51,231 nucleotides of DNA from positions 64,001 through 115,231 of the IMG/VR virus record IMGVR_UViG_3300049482_000044, one strand, 5' to 3'. Source of the stretch: a virus (lineage: Duplodnaviria; Heunggongvirae; Uroviricota; Caudoviricetes). Of this stretch, positions 33,901 through 43,488 are shown in pieces. The notes below the pieces were generated by a model, which saw nothing but the letters and a program-made list of their open reading frames with translations, did no database searches and had not been told where the DNA came from. The translations under genes and the position numbers were made by a program. Each line of letters starts with the position of its first letter. Position 1 is the stretch's first letter.

Positions 33901-36900
33901 GCTAATGCAGAGCGCGGGGCCGTCACAGAAACCACAAAGGCTGGCGCTGCTGCTATGGATGCAGGCATGGTTCCTGGCGGAGCGGGCGGGAAGATGAAGA
34001 AGTTTGGCAAATATGCTGGCGTCGGTGCTGGCGTCGCCCTGCTTGGTGCTGGTGCTGCTAATTCTGATTCTAACCTTGGTATGGCCTCTGGCGTCGCGGG
34101 CGGTGCTATGACTGGCGCTATGATGGGAATGATGCTTGGACCAGAGGGTGCTGCGGTGGGTGCTGTTGCTGGTGCCATAATGGCTGGATTGCCCATGCTT
34201 GTCAGCCGTGTTAACGAAGCAACCGCCCAGATGAATTCACTTGGAGTTGCTGGTGAAACAGCCGCTTCGAAGTTTGGCGCATCCGTCAAGACACTGGCCG
34301 ATGTTCACATCACAAACCTGGCAGAGCAGACCAAGGCCGCGCGGTCGGAAATCGATGCGCTAACAGAGTCGTTCAAGAACGCAGCCGAAGGCTCTGCTGA
34401 CGCTGCATTTATTAAGTTGCTTACTGGGGAGTCCGACAAAAATAATCTTCGCGGCCTTATCGGAGACAAGATCACATCGCTGCTGGCTGCGGGGGTAAAG
34501 CCTGATGATGTGAAGAAGATTATCACCGCAGCCCTAACCGCTTCCGGTCAATCAAGTCAGATCGGCAGTATTTTTACAACTATGGGCGAAGATATGAAAC
34601 TATCTGTCGGTGAGTCTATTCGCAAGCAACTTGAAAGCGCTCGCACACAGTGGACTACAACTGGCGACATGAACTGGGATACAGGAAAAACACCTGGCTT
34701 CACGAGCATGAATTTCGATGATGCTAAATCAGCAGCCGAATCTCTTACCACTATGTCAATTGCCATGGGGCAATCAGGAAACTTTGCGGAATTCAATAAG
34801 CAACTTGGTATAGTTGGCGACAAGATTATGGATATAAGAGACCTGACGCCACAACTTACCGACGAGTGGAAGGATTATGGCGCAGCGATGGAGAAGTCTG
34901 GTGGAACATCTGCCCAGATGCTTCAACTAATTGCGCTGAAGGCGGCGGGTCTTAATCTTGATTTACAGCGTCTTACTGAGCACCCATATGAAATCAGCGT
35001 GGTAATGACTCAGTTTCAGAATACGCAGTCAATTGATAGCGCACTAAAAACCGGTTCTAATTCTGTTATTGATGCCAAGATCGCCAAGTTGCGAGACTCT
35101 AACCCTGTAATCACGGCTCAGAAGGAGAAGTCTAACAAGGCTGCCGAAGATGCCCAGCAGAAGCATATTGATGCTATCGGTAAGATGTACGACAAGCAAA
35201 TCGAGGCAGAAAAGAAGCGCCAGGCTGATCTACAGCGTGTGCAGGATGCTGAGAAGCGCCGTCTAGACCGCGAGAAGTCTATGCGTGACGATCAGGTCGG
35301 ATATAACCAGGCTATTGCTGCTGGTAACTTCGGTCAAGCCGCATTGATCAAGAACAACATGGATGCTAAGCAGGCTGCCTGGGCGCTCGAAGATAAGCAG
35401 CGCGGTGCTGACGAAAAGAATAAGTCTCGTCTAGATGTGCTAGAAACCGCAAAGGCTTCTGCCCTAGACAAGGAAAAGGCTAAACTGGATGCGCTGAAGA
35501 AGGCTCACGAGGCTGTTAATAATAGCGCGACTTCTGCTGCTAAGAAAATGGCTGACTCGCAGATCGCAGCCCTTGAAAAGGTTAAGGTGGCGGTTGACGA
35601 AGCGATGAAGCGTAACCCAACTAGCGTCGCTAAGGCTATGAAGGAAATCACCGAGAACCCTGCGAACATGGAACTACTTCGTCAGGCGGGCGTCAGTGCG
35701 ATGGACGTCTTTGGTAAGGCTCTACGTGACGAAGGCCCAGCCCTCACAGCAGGATTTATGAACCAGTTCGGCAAGAACCTTGTGTCCGCTCCGTGGGATC
35801 TAATCGAGAACTATCTGGCAGCCAGGATCTCTGGTGATCCCGGCGATATTCGTGCCGCTAGAGAGGCGCTGCTGTCTGGTGCTCCCAGCGCGACCCCGAC
35901 AAACGCTGCTCGCGCTGGCGCTGTATCTAAGGCAACCAAGATCCCATTTGCTACTGGTGGTTATATCGCTGGTCAGGGCCACGGCACATCTGACCAGATC
36001 GATGCAAGACTAAGCAACGGCGAATATGTTGTAACAAATGCTGCTGTTAACTGGTATGGCAAGGGGATGCTTGACCAGATCAATACCCGCCAGTATGCTG
36101 AGGGTGGCATAGTTCAGCCTCTAGCACAAAGGGCAACTGCCGATGCCTTCACCAGTGTGCTTGCTGGTCGTATGTCACTGCTTCGCTCTGGTGCGGGCAT
36201 GTTCGGCTCTAGCCCTGCCGACCCAGGCGCGGGGGCAATTGCTGGTGGCGCTAGCAACGGAATTGCCGGAAGCGCCATGGGATCAGCAATTGCCCGCTAC
36301 GCCCTACAGTTCGTTGGTGTTCCTTACAGTTACAGCGGGTCTACGCCTCAGGACGGATGGGGCTGCGCGCCATTCGTTCGCTATCTATATGACAAGTTTG
36401 GCTATAACATTCCTGGTGGATCTGTTTCTAATAGCCAGTACAACTCGATCAAGTCGCACCCAGACCGTGGATCAATCGGTGCCGGTGACCTTGTATTCTT
36501 CAAGTACGCTAATGGTCTGAATACAGGCAATGCCATCAACCACGTTGGTATGGCTCTTTCTGGATCAGCGATGATTCACGCAGCGAACCCATCGCGCGGA
36601 ACAATCGTTTCTGGAATTGACTGGGCAAACTATCGTGGAGCCGCACGACCTGTCGACTTCGCAACTGGGGTGAAGAACTACTCCAAGGGCGGAATTGCCA
36701 TGCTAGGCAAGCCTGGTGAATATATGGTAAATGACAGTGCGGTTCAACACTATGGAACTGGCTTTATGAATGCTGTGAATAACCAGACATATCACGGCGG
36801 CGGACTTGTAACGGCAGGCGGACCACAGCGCGGAGTTGCATCTGGCGGCGATGGACAGTATAGTTTCATTATCTACGGTGGAGATAATGACCCTTCAGAA

Positions 36901-36963
36901 ATAGCAGATGAGGTTATGCGTAGACTTGATAAGAAAAAGGCGAGGGTGGGTAGCGGACGTTGA
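30958..36963 (+). CDS. Tape measure protein with C-terminal NlpC/P60 peptidase domain
   Basis: 2001 aa, Ala-rich helical; TMP core (NWGKNTQWAGRQLTVGLTVP); ALQFVGVPYSYSG...GC..FV...GDLVFF...HVGM..MIHA. Confidence 0.93.
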   Translation: MAVVQVEFRANANFSDLIAQTNAANASVKALNASFGSLQKQKIDSIVNAFNQSLTSSGQYTAQTVRLTSEAERFGKALDRQKLSLRDYHREYQSFKQTQGGMIRELARQQTMLERSVVVSRGRDAQGRTLADVITPTGLDNGIATKAMQARKELQIMNKVLNDGATSLINWGKNTQWAGRQLTVGLTVPLTILGGAAAKMAYDLDMQMTKVVKVYGNSINAMMTAPEVTALKSQLTDLAKQIAQTYGQSATDTLDLAAQLAAAGKTGSDLTASITQTTKLATLGEIDRADAMAATLSIQTAFKQSNAELADSINFLNAVENQTSSSLQDFVEAIPKTGPIIKGLGGDIKDLALMMVAMKEGGVPATEAANAIKSGLSSLINPTRNARDALSGYGISMDKIQKDSGGKMMPMILGFKKAIDGLDTFSRSQVLEKVFGKMQFARMSAMFSNIGEAGSQTVEVMKLMGASTEQLAGIADSELKALSNSISGQFNRALESMKVNLASVGDEFLVLGTKALQGLNWIFDKFDSLPDIVKKALGGLGLGVAIIGPVIMTVGVLGNLVGYLIKGFAWFKSFGNSGVRAFGLLNAEMVATKHAGDLLEKSMFNQSEAANVLNASIEKLIASLAGVGPVASNSGKAMVNAINESQAAATRATMADHEKQAFARQGQVYINPIHSPSTSVDMFNVGEVSHFSPTSHKDESVHGISNKKLIAGSSLVTPEAAYMFQREAKDSFHAQFMNEKTVTDVERKAVLQKMVAEIKAPAQKAAAQGWLDKTGPEGRAQLLPTIQAVKGINAKYVAQLQALATMSKDDLRLLRVGMDADVKQNGRTRQQALAAAMKGINSTAFHNEIVAQIDSINASEKDAIVAARKISLYLDDLEARARAAMKATSGLKNGSLGFSNDGRRGYGVASGMMANLTNEYNTANMSPENRARAAAIAVRGSTGADLTTARAEYKAAMQALDASREQERAARLQSRAAAMQLANAERGAVTETTKAGAAAMDAGMVPGGAGGKMKKFGKYAGVGAGVALLGAGAANSDSNLGMASGVAGGAMTGAMMGMMLGPEGAAVGAVAGAIMAGLPMLVSRVNEATAQMNSLGVAGETAASKFGASVKTLADVHITNLAEQTKAARSEIDALTESFKNAAEGSADAAFIKLLTGESDKNNLRGLIGDKITSLLAAGVKPDDVKKIITAALTASGQSSQIGSIFTTMGEDMKLSVGESIRKQLESARTQWTTTGDMNWDTGKTPGFTSMNFDDAKSAAESLTTMSIAMGQSGNFAEFNKQLGIVGDKIMDIRDLTPQLTDEWKDYGAAMEKSGGTSAQMLQLIALKAAGLNLDLQRLTEHPYEISVVMTQFQNTQSIDSALKTGSNSVIDAKIAKLRDSNPVITAQKEKSNKAAEDAQQKHIDAIGKMYDKQIEAEKKRQADLQRVQDAEKRRLDREKSMRDDQVGYNQAIAAGNFGQAALIKNNMDAKQAAWALEDKQRGADEKNKSRLDVLETAKASALDKEKAKLDALKKAHEAVNNSATSAAKKMADSQIAALEKVKVAVDEAMKRNPTSVAKAMKEITENPANMELLRQAGVSAMDVFGKALRDEGPALTAGFMNQFGKNLVSAPWDLIENYLAARISGDPGDIRAAREALLSGAPSATPTNAARAGAVSKATKIPFATGGYIAGQGHGTSDQIDARLSNGEYVVTNAAVNWYGKGMLDQINTRQYAEGGIVQPLAQRATADAFTSVLAGRMSLLRSGAGMFGSSPADPGAGAIAGGASNGIAGSAMGSAIARYALQFVGVPYSYSGSTPQDGWGCAPFVRYLYDKFGYNIPGGSVSNSQYNSIKSHPDRGSIGAGDLVFFKYANGLNTGNAINHVGMALSGSAMIHAANPSRGTIVSGIDWANYRGAARPVDFATGVKNYSKGGIAMLGKPGEYMVNDSAVQHYGTGFMNAVNNQTYHGGGLVTAGGPQRGVASGGDGQYSFIIYGGDNDPSEIADEVMRRLDKKKARVGSGR

Positions 36964-37376
36964 TACTACCTCGCGGATCTATCCTGTCGGTTAATAACGG
37001 CACTCTTTCTGGAACACTTACAGAGCATGGTCGCTCCCCGCTTAATCTTTCCACAGAGCGCATAGGCTCAAAAGAGCGCATGTGGAACGGTACGATGCGG
37101 GCAGGATTTGTAGCGATTAAGTATACCCTTGATACCTCCTGGTCCATGCTTCCTTCGCTGGACACAGCGGCGGTCGATGGATATAAGGCGGGTAAGTGGA
37201 TCAAGGATTTCTATGATTCAACAACCGGAACGGTAGCACTGACCTTGAATTATGATGGAACGGATCTCGCTGTGACAGCACTGATGACTTCTTTTTCGTA
37301 CGTAGTCAACAAGCGCACTACCAATGCTGGTAACTACGACCTTGTAGATATATCAATTACTTTTGAGGAAGTTTAA
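36960..37376 (+). CDS. Distal tail (Dit-like) protein, putative
   Basis: 138 aa directly after the TMP; LTEHGRSPL...RM.NGTMR...W..LPS. Confidence 0.7.
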   Translation: MILPRGSILSVNNGTLSGTLTEHGRSPLNLSTERIGSKERMWNGTMRAGFVAIKYTLDTSWSMLPSLDTAAVDGYKAGKWIKDFYDSTTGTVALTLNYDGTDLAVTALMTSFSYVVNKRTTNAGNYDLVDISITFEEV

Positions 37377-40300
37377 TGCTTGGTAATGCAACAGACAAGG
37401 CATATACCGCTGGTAACACAGTAACCCAATTTGATGAGTCTCTATTTGTAGAACTTAATCAGAATTATTACTATGACATTCTGCCGCCCGATGTGTCCGT
37501 TTATGGGACGTTGGAGCCTGGATTCTATAAGAAGTTCTTTCCGCTCGATTCGGTCGTCAAAGGCTGGCGTCCAACTAGCGGAGTATATAAGCCTCGCAAA
37601 ATGTCATGGGGTCAGGCAACTACATATGGACTTAAGGGCACCAAGGGGTGGCGCAATAACATCACTGAAAACAGCACCCCGCAGTTGGGTGCCTCTACTG
37701 GTCAGCGCGAGGAGTATATTGCCAAGCCAAGAGTCTATTGGGCGCGTGAAGGACAGACATTCAAATACTGGGATAGCCCCGTAGTTATTGCTAGTTCCGC
37801 GTATGTCCATCCCTGGATCGAATACACGGCGGACGTAAAGACTAATAAGATTTCGGTGACGTTCCAGAATGTAATGGGCAGCCCAGTTCGATTCAAGATC
37901 CAGTATAAAACCAATGCTGGTTCTGGCGGCACATGGGTAGATGCTCTCGACGCAACTGGCGCTGACTACAGTATGCCATCAACGGGCGTTGTAGAAGTAT
38001 ATCGGAGTTCTGGATCGTGGACTCAGTCTCCAACAACCTATTTGCTAACAGACGCAATTAGCATCCGTCAGATTCGCGTATTCATCACGAAGATGTCCGA
38101 CCCAGCAATTCACCCTTCGATCATCGAGATGTCACCAAGACTATATATCGACATGTCCGATAGGCTAAAGGACTGGAGTTTCGATGCCAATATTGCGGAG
38201 TCTAATTCCGTGCTGCCTGTCGGTACTGTATCGAGCAATAGCGGATCTGTAACGCTGAGCAACAACGATAACGAACTAGAGCCCACAAACGCTGGTGGCG
38301 GGACTTTGAGGTACGCAGACCTTATGCGTAAGTACGCTAAGGTTGTCGTTAAGTTAAAGGCTGTCACCGCTGGATCGTCCTGGGTAGAAGCAGGAACAGC
38401 ATATATCGAGAAGGCCACTCCCAGCGGTAATAAGACCGTTGTTAATGTGACGCTATTCGACTATGCTAAGTTCCTACAAGATCAGCCCGCTCCGGATGTT
38501 TGCATGAATCAGGTATCGCCTACTGCTGCAATTCGGCAGTTGCTAGATACTACTGGTCACACGAACGTTCTAGTTAAGCGCGTCAAGGATCAGTCCGAGC
38601 CGATTATGCGTTGGTTCTGGTCGAATTCAGAAGAAACAGTCTGGGACGCTATTCAGAAGATCTGTGAGTCTCACCAGTACGCTGTATATATTAACGAAAA
38701 GAACCAGATCGTCATTATGACGAAGGAATATATTTACCTGAGTTCTACTGCTGTATATGCTGCGACTACCGAGGGAACGACGCTGAGTGCTGTAACGTAT
38801 GTCCCTAACGTTCAGGACATCTCCAATAATAAGGACGAGCCAATCAATGCTGCCTATGTTACATTCCGTCCTAAGAGCCTATCCAGTGAAGTAGATCCAG
38901 ACCCAGCGAAATATGCTGCGACGAATCAGGTGGCATTCAGCCGTATCGCAACGAGAGACCTATATGTTCCAGATCAGCCCATTCTACTAGGCGTAGCCCC
39001 AATGATTCAGACCATGGACTCTAGCCAGAATTACCTGTATATCAACCCTACCTCACTGGCCGGTGCCGGGGCAAAGAATAGCCTGGATGGTAATGGCATA
39101 CCTAGAATACCTCTATGGGGTGGTTTTTCTGGATACTTGCTGATTGACCAGGAAATCATTAAATACGACGGACTGGAACTTGCCTATACAGCAAAGGCGG
39201 GCAGTCCTGCTGGACCTCAGATAGCGAAGTCTCCTGAGCAGTGGCAGGAAATTATCAACTACGCACAGGGCTCGGTTGTATTCACTGGCAAGGTCTGTAA
39301 TCTTGAGCGTGGGCAGTTTAATACAACTGCCGCTGCACACACACTCAGCACTACTGGATGGACCAGCGCCCAGGGCGTAGTTCGTAGGGCTGACGAAACC
39401 GGTAACGGCTATTTGTGCATTCGCAATAGCACTGCGGGGGCCAAGCGACTGAATTGGACCGTGAAAAACATTCAGTCTAATGGTAACTGGGTAAACACCA
39501 AGATGGTTATTGACACCGGTCTAAAAACAGCAGTCCAGGCCGGTGGAATAGTGTTGTCAGCAACTCTATCTGGCGCTAACCTTTCTACCGGTCTGTATGT
39601 CGAGGCCAACCAGATCGGTGATGGCGGCGTTTCGCTTTACACCATTTCAAACAATATCATCGCCGCTGCTCCTATTGCTACAGTAAAGTTCAATATCCCT
39701 GACGGTGGACTTTTCGATCTTTCTGTTTATATCGCGCGCGGTGCGACAAGCACTTCTAGAATCGTCAGCGTGTATGTGAATAGATCAAGGGTTCTATCAA
39801 AGACGTTCACCACTACCGTGCCGCTTACCAGTTTGGTTGGACTAGGGTCGAGCGGCAATTCATCTGTGAAGTTTGACTATATTTGTGGTGGCAGCACCAC
39901 GCTCGGTGATGAGCAGTCGAAGTTCGACGGGTCAATCAAGGCATATGTCGAGTCTGTTCTTAAGATTGATCGTGGGCAGCAGTTGAGCAGGGCCATGCCA
40001 GACCTAGCAAGCATAGGTTTTGAGCGCTTTGATGACTATGTCCGTCAGATGTTCGTTGAGGACGTAAGTTTTAGTAAGACACCCGCGCTATCGGCAGACT
40101 TTGTTGCTACATCTAGCATCGTAAAAGACCCACTGAGTAGACAGTCAATTGCTTCTGGTGATGAAGTGGCTGGTGCTATAGCGAACATCACATCCTTCTC
40201 TGCTAAGGTTCTTATCGCCAATGTGTCATCAAGGTCGCTGCTGCTGGTATTCACTGACGAGTCTGGCGGGTCAACAAACTACCCACGAATCAACGGTATT

Positions 40301-40636
40301 CATGTCAACGAATTTGAGGAAGTTAGAATCAGTAAGCGTGATGAGGCCTCTGTCAACCGAATTGGTGAAAAGAAAGTCGACTTTAACCCTCGCTGGATTA
40401 CCTCTCGTAGCAATGCTGAAAGCGTTTCATCATGGATCGTAAGTCGTTGCAAGGACGGTGTGGATCGCATCACTGCAACAATCTGGGCCGGTCATCTATT
40501 ACAACTGGGGGATGTGCTTTACGTGCATTCTCCAAGTGACCAGAAAAACATCTCAGCAAACTATGTCGTAGTTGGAGCCAATAAGTCTGGCAGTGGAGGA
40601 AATATCGCAACTAGTGTAGACTTGGTCAAGATATGA
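37376..40636 (+). CDS. Tail hub/large minor tail protein
   Basis: 1086 aa; LPVG..SSNSGSV.L.N, WDAIQKICES, GH.LQLGDVL motifs; synteny. Confidence 0.8.
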   Translation: MLGNATDKAYTAGNTVTQFDESLFVELNQNYYYDILPPDVSVYGTLEPGFYKKFFPLDSVVKGWRPTSGVYKPRKMSWGQATTYGLKGTKGWRNNITENSTPQLGASTGQREEYIAKPRVYWAREGQTFKYWDSPVVIASSAYVHPWIEYTADVKTNKISVTFQNVMGSPVRFKIQYKTNAGSGGTWVDALDATGADYSMPSTGVVEVYRSSGSWTQSPTTYLLTDAISIRQIRVFITKMSDPAIHPSIIEMSPRLYIDMSDRLKDWSFDANIAESNSVLPVGTVSSNSGSVTLSNNDNELEPTNAGGGTLRYADLMRKYAKVVVKLKAVTAGSSWVEAGTAYIEKATPSGNKTVVNVTLFDYAKFLQDQPAPDVCMNQVSPTAAIRQLLDTTGHTNVLVKRVKDQSEPIMRWFWSNSEETVWDAIQKICESHQYAVYINEKNQIVIMTKEYIYLSSTAVYAATTEGTTLSAVTYVPNVQDISNNKDEPINAAYVTFRPKSLSSEVDPDPAKYAATNQVAFSRIATRDLYVPDQPILLGVAPMIQTMDSSQNYLYINPTSLAGAGAKNSLDGNGIPRIPLWGGFSGYLLIDQEIIKYDGLELAYTAKAGSPAGPQIAKSPEQWQEIINYAQGSVVFTGKVCNLERGQFNTTAAAHTLSTTGWTSAQGVVRRADETGNGYLCIRNSTAGAKRLNWTVKNIQSNGNWVNTKMVIDTGLKTAVQAGGIVLSATLSGANLSTGLYVEANQIGDGGVSLYTISNNIIAAAPIATVKFNIPDGGLFDLSVYIARGATSTSRIVSVYVNRSRVLSKTFTTTVPLTSLVGLGSSGNSSVKFDYICGGSTTLGDEQSKFDGSIKAYVESVLKIDRGQQLSRAMPDLASIGFERFDDYVRQMFVEDVSFSKTPALSADFVATSSIVKDPLSRQSIASGDEVAGAIANITSFSAKVLIANVSSRSLLLVFTDESGGSTNYPRINGIHVNEFEEVRISKRDEASVNRIGEKKVDFNPRWITSRSNAESVSSWIVSRCKDGVDRITATIWAGHLLQLGDVLYVHSPSDQKNISANYVVVGANKSGSGGNIATSVDLVKI

Positions 40637-41604
40637 ACGTAAATGCTGACAAGATTATCTGGACTGGTAATACACTAGACGAACTACGTAGGTTACTGGG
40701 CGGGGATATCGAGATAGAGTTCCCCGAAATGATGGACCGCGCTGGCCTCGATTATCCCTGGCCTATCATCGTAAAGTCTGTCAGTTATTCGTCCGAGGGT
40801 AAAAAGGAAGAATATGTCGTAATCGTACTAGGCTTCGATGAGGTTCCGAATGCTAGCGACTATGAGGTTCGTATTAGCCTTGTTCCCGCTGCAAAAATGG
40901 GGCCACCATCCGATATTATTGCGTTTAATGCAGCGGGAGGCTATGTTGGTAATTCCTCATCGTGGGGCGGTACGCTATCGTCTCCAATAACAGCCGGGGA
41001 TAGATGTATATTAGCAATCAATGCTGCTGAGACTCCTTCTGGAATGTTTTCCACATGGACCAAGGTTATTTCTGGCACTGCTAGTCCCGGTAATGGACAG
41101 TATGAGACATCAATATGGATAGGGTCCGGTATCGGAACCGGGACCATATCTGTTACCGCAAATGAGTATGGCGTAGCAGGAGCGGGAGCACACTTTGGCT
41201 CAGACACCGCCGCATTTATATACAGAAACTGCGGGAATCTGTCAATTGCAAGCCAATCTGTATATACAGTCACAACTGGAGCAGAAACACCCATGTCTGC
41301 TGCTGCGCTCACAACATCGCCCGGACAAATTGCGTTTTCTGTTGTTATGTCTGTAAAAGCATTCCTAGATGGTTGGTGCCCCAGATCTGATGGAAGTCGG
41401 GCAGTAACAGGGTTTATTGATACTTATTCAGGCAGACTCGGATCGGGGCTTGATTATGAAACGACGGCACATGGAATGGCTGCGGTGACAGGTGTAACAA
41501 CAGGGGCCAGCATGGACGCATCCTTTGATATGGTTGGCACTTATGCTGGGTACGCACAAAAGGGCCAGGTTAGAAACGTAGTGTTTAACTGGAGTGGCGT
41601 ATGA
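40633..41604 (+). CDS. Tail-tip protein, paralog 1 of 3
   Basis: Conserved N-terminal module (ADKIIWTGNTLDE...DYPWPI...GFDE....DYEVR) plus a beta-rich C-terminal domain. Confidence 0.8.
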   Translation: MNVNADKIIWTGNTLDELRRLLGGDIEIEFPEMMDRAGLDYPWPIIVKSVSYSSEGKKEEYVVIVLGFDEVPNASDYEVRISLVPAAKMGPPSDIIAFNAAGGYVGNSSSWGGTLSSPITAGDRCILAINAAETPSGMFSTWTKVISGTASPGNGQYETSIWIGSGIGTGTISVTANEYGVAGAGAHFGSDTAAFIYRNCGNLSIASQSVYTVTTGAETPMSAAALTTSPGQIAFSVVMSVKAFLDGWCPRSDGSRAVTGFIDTYSGRLGSGLDYETTAHGMAAVTGVTTGASMDASFDMVGTYAGYAQKGQVRNVVFNWSGV

Positions 41605-42524
41605 AAAATATTAACGCCGACAAGATCATCTGGACCGGGAATACGCTCGATGAGATGCGCCGATTGCTCGGTGGTGACATAGAAATAGAATTTCCCGAGA
41701 TGATGGATAGGGCGGGGCTGGACTATCCATGGCCTATATCTATTCTCGGCGTAAACTATGATTCAACAAGTCAGTCTGAATACGTATACGTGCGTCTAGG
41801 TTTTGATGAGATAAATGGTGCAAGTGACTACGAAGTACGGATTAGTCTCGTCCCGCCCCCCGCACCCCCTGCGGTGTCGGACAGGTTTGGTATGTATCCA
41901 GCCGGTGCCGCATTCCTTCAATCATCTCTATCTAGTCCAATAACTGCAAACGATCGCTGCATCATGATAATGGGCGATATACCTGACGGTCCATCTGGCA
42001 TGTTCTCAACATGGACAAAAATATATGGAGACAACTCTGCCTCATGGAAACTATCCGTTTGGATGGGGTCGGGGGTAGGATCGGGAAATCTTTCTGTCAG
42101 TAGTGCCGTGTACACAGGCTTTGGTGTTTATGGAATTCACTCTGTTGGTTTTATATTTAGAGATTCAGGAAATATGGCGCTTGTTGATAGTTCTATAGAT
42201 TCTCAGGTATCTACCGTGACACCTATCTCGGCTCCAGCGCTGACTGCTGCAAAGGACCAGATAGCCGTTTCTGGAGTTGTTGGTAAGTCCGGATTTTTGG
42301 ATAGGTATGCTCCAAGCCAATATGGTGGTCGAGTAGTTACAGGCTTTGAGGATCATTATGCCTGGGCAGCCGATGGAGATGCTGACCTATACAGCAAGGG
42401 GGCAGCCGGGTCTGCGGGTAGGACGTTTGGCGGAACCGTGGACGGATCATGGGACATGGCAACCAGCAGTGGCGATGGTGGGGGACAGGCCGGTAACTTC
42501 GTGTTCACTTGGAGCGGTGTATGA
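41601..42524 (+). CDS. Tail-tip protein, paralog 2 of 3
   Basis: Same N-terminal module; C-terminal domain homologous to paralog 1 (LSSPIT.DRCI, PSGMFSTWTK, VFxWSGV end). Confidence 0.8.
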   Translation: MKNINADKIIWTGNTLDEMRRLLGGDIEIEFPEMMDRAGLDYPWPISILGVNYDSTSQSEYVYVRLGFDEINGASDYEVRISLVPPPAPPAVSDRFGMYPAGAAFLQSSLSSPITANDRCIMIMGDIPDGPSGMFSTWTKIYGDNSASWKLSVWMGSGVGSGNLSVSSAVYTGFGVYGIHSVGFIFRDSGNMALVDSSIDSQVSTVTPISAPALTAAKDQIAVSGVVGKSGFLDRYAPSQYGGRVVTGFEDHYAWAADGDADLYSKGAAGSAGRTFGGTVDGSWDMATSSGDGGGQAGNFVFTWSGV

Positions 42525-43450
42525 AAAATATTAATGCAGATAAGATCATATGGACTGGAAATACACTAGATGAGATGCGTCGCCTACTCGGCGGTGACAT
42601 CGAAATAGAATTTCCCGAGATGATGGACCGCACAGGCCTGGATTATCCATGGCCTATTACAGTTAAGTCAGTCGAGGCTGTGTCTGACCCGGCTGGTGGA
42701 GTGTGGGCGACAATCATTCTAGGATTTGATGAGATTTCTGGGGCTACCGACTATGAAGTCAGGACGAGCATACAGGCTGGAAGTAGCACCCCGCTTAAGA
42801 TTTTTTCTCTATGGAACAACACACCTGGGGGCGCAGGCTACGCTCTTCTTGGTGATAACAGTGTTCGACTGACGCCAGCGGCGTACGGTCAAGGTACTTG
42901 CATTCGCTATCCCGACGTATTAAGCGGGTGGTCGAAGTTGGAGATCTCGTTTGATATTACTCAGTCATACTTGGAGGCAGACGGTTATGCGATTGCGCTA
43001 GAAGACGCTTTAATTTATTCACCTACATATATTGGAGATGGAGGGCAGAGGATTTGGTTTAATCAACAGGGCGGCGGAATCAGTGGTTATAACGGAATGG
43101 ACAATAGTCAAGGTCGGTACTCTATTTTCTTTGAAAGTATCTACCCATATACTGGTAATAGTGGTCCTACAATACAGTCGAATAGCACTTACGCGGGCGG
43201 CATGTCAACTGTTTACACGACGCTCGCCAGAGGGGCCTGGGCTATGACTGGAACCCACAACCTAAAAATAACCTGGACTCGAACTGCATATGAAACTGCA
43301 AACATGGTAGTAGTTCACGATAATAATGAAACGCTTTCTATGAGCGTCTTCGCACCTCAGAATGCTAGACTCAGTATTACAGCCGCCACTGGTGTCGCCT
43401 GGAATGATCACAGTGTGTCTAATTTCTCTGGTACTGTGACAAGATCTTAG
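42521..43450 (+). CDS. Tail-tip protein, paralog 3 of 3, with an L-type-lectin-like C-terminal domain
   Basis: Start at ATG 42521 (ATGA overlap); same N-module; unrelated C-domain VRLTPAAYGQG...ISFDI...ADGYAI resembling the legume-lectin fold. Confidence 0.75.
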   Translation: MKNINADKIIWTGNTLDEMRRLLGGDIEIEFPEMMDRTGLDYPWPITVKSVEAVSDPAGGVWATIILGFDEISGATDYEVRTSIQAGSSTPLKIFSLWNNTPGGAGYALLGDNSVRLTPAAYGQGTCIRYPDVLSGWSKLEISFDITQSYLEADGYAIALEDALIYSPTYIGDGGQRIWFNQQGGGISGYNGMDNSQGRYSIFFESIYPYTGNSGPTIQSNSTYAGGMSTVYTTLARGAWAMTGTHNLKITWTRTAYETANMVVVHDNNETLSMSVFAPQNARLSITAATGVAWNDHSVSNFSGTVTRS

Positions 43451-43453
43451 TGT

Positions 43454-43482
43454 TCGACTTTTCTTGATGGGATTGATATAAT
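43454..43482 (+). promoter_or_regulatory. Sigma70-like promoter, probably leaderless
   Basis: TCGACT-17 nt-TATAAT with TG extension; ATG 6 nt after the -10. Confidence 0.6.
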
Positions 43483-43488
43483 CAAAAG

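Noticed and set aside
33672-34289. Long antisense ORFs within the tape measure gene (also 32421-32915, 32827-33300)
   Set aside because: Expected shadows of Ala-rich coding sequence.
40633-43450. Diversity-generating retroelement or invertase shufflon behind the three paralogs
   Set aside because: No reverse transcriptase or recombinase in the window, no inverted cassettes, no template/variable repeat pair with adenine-specific differences; differences are at synonymous positions of all bases.
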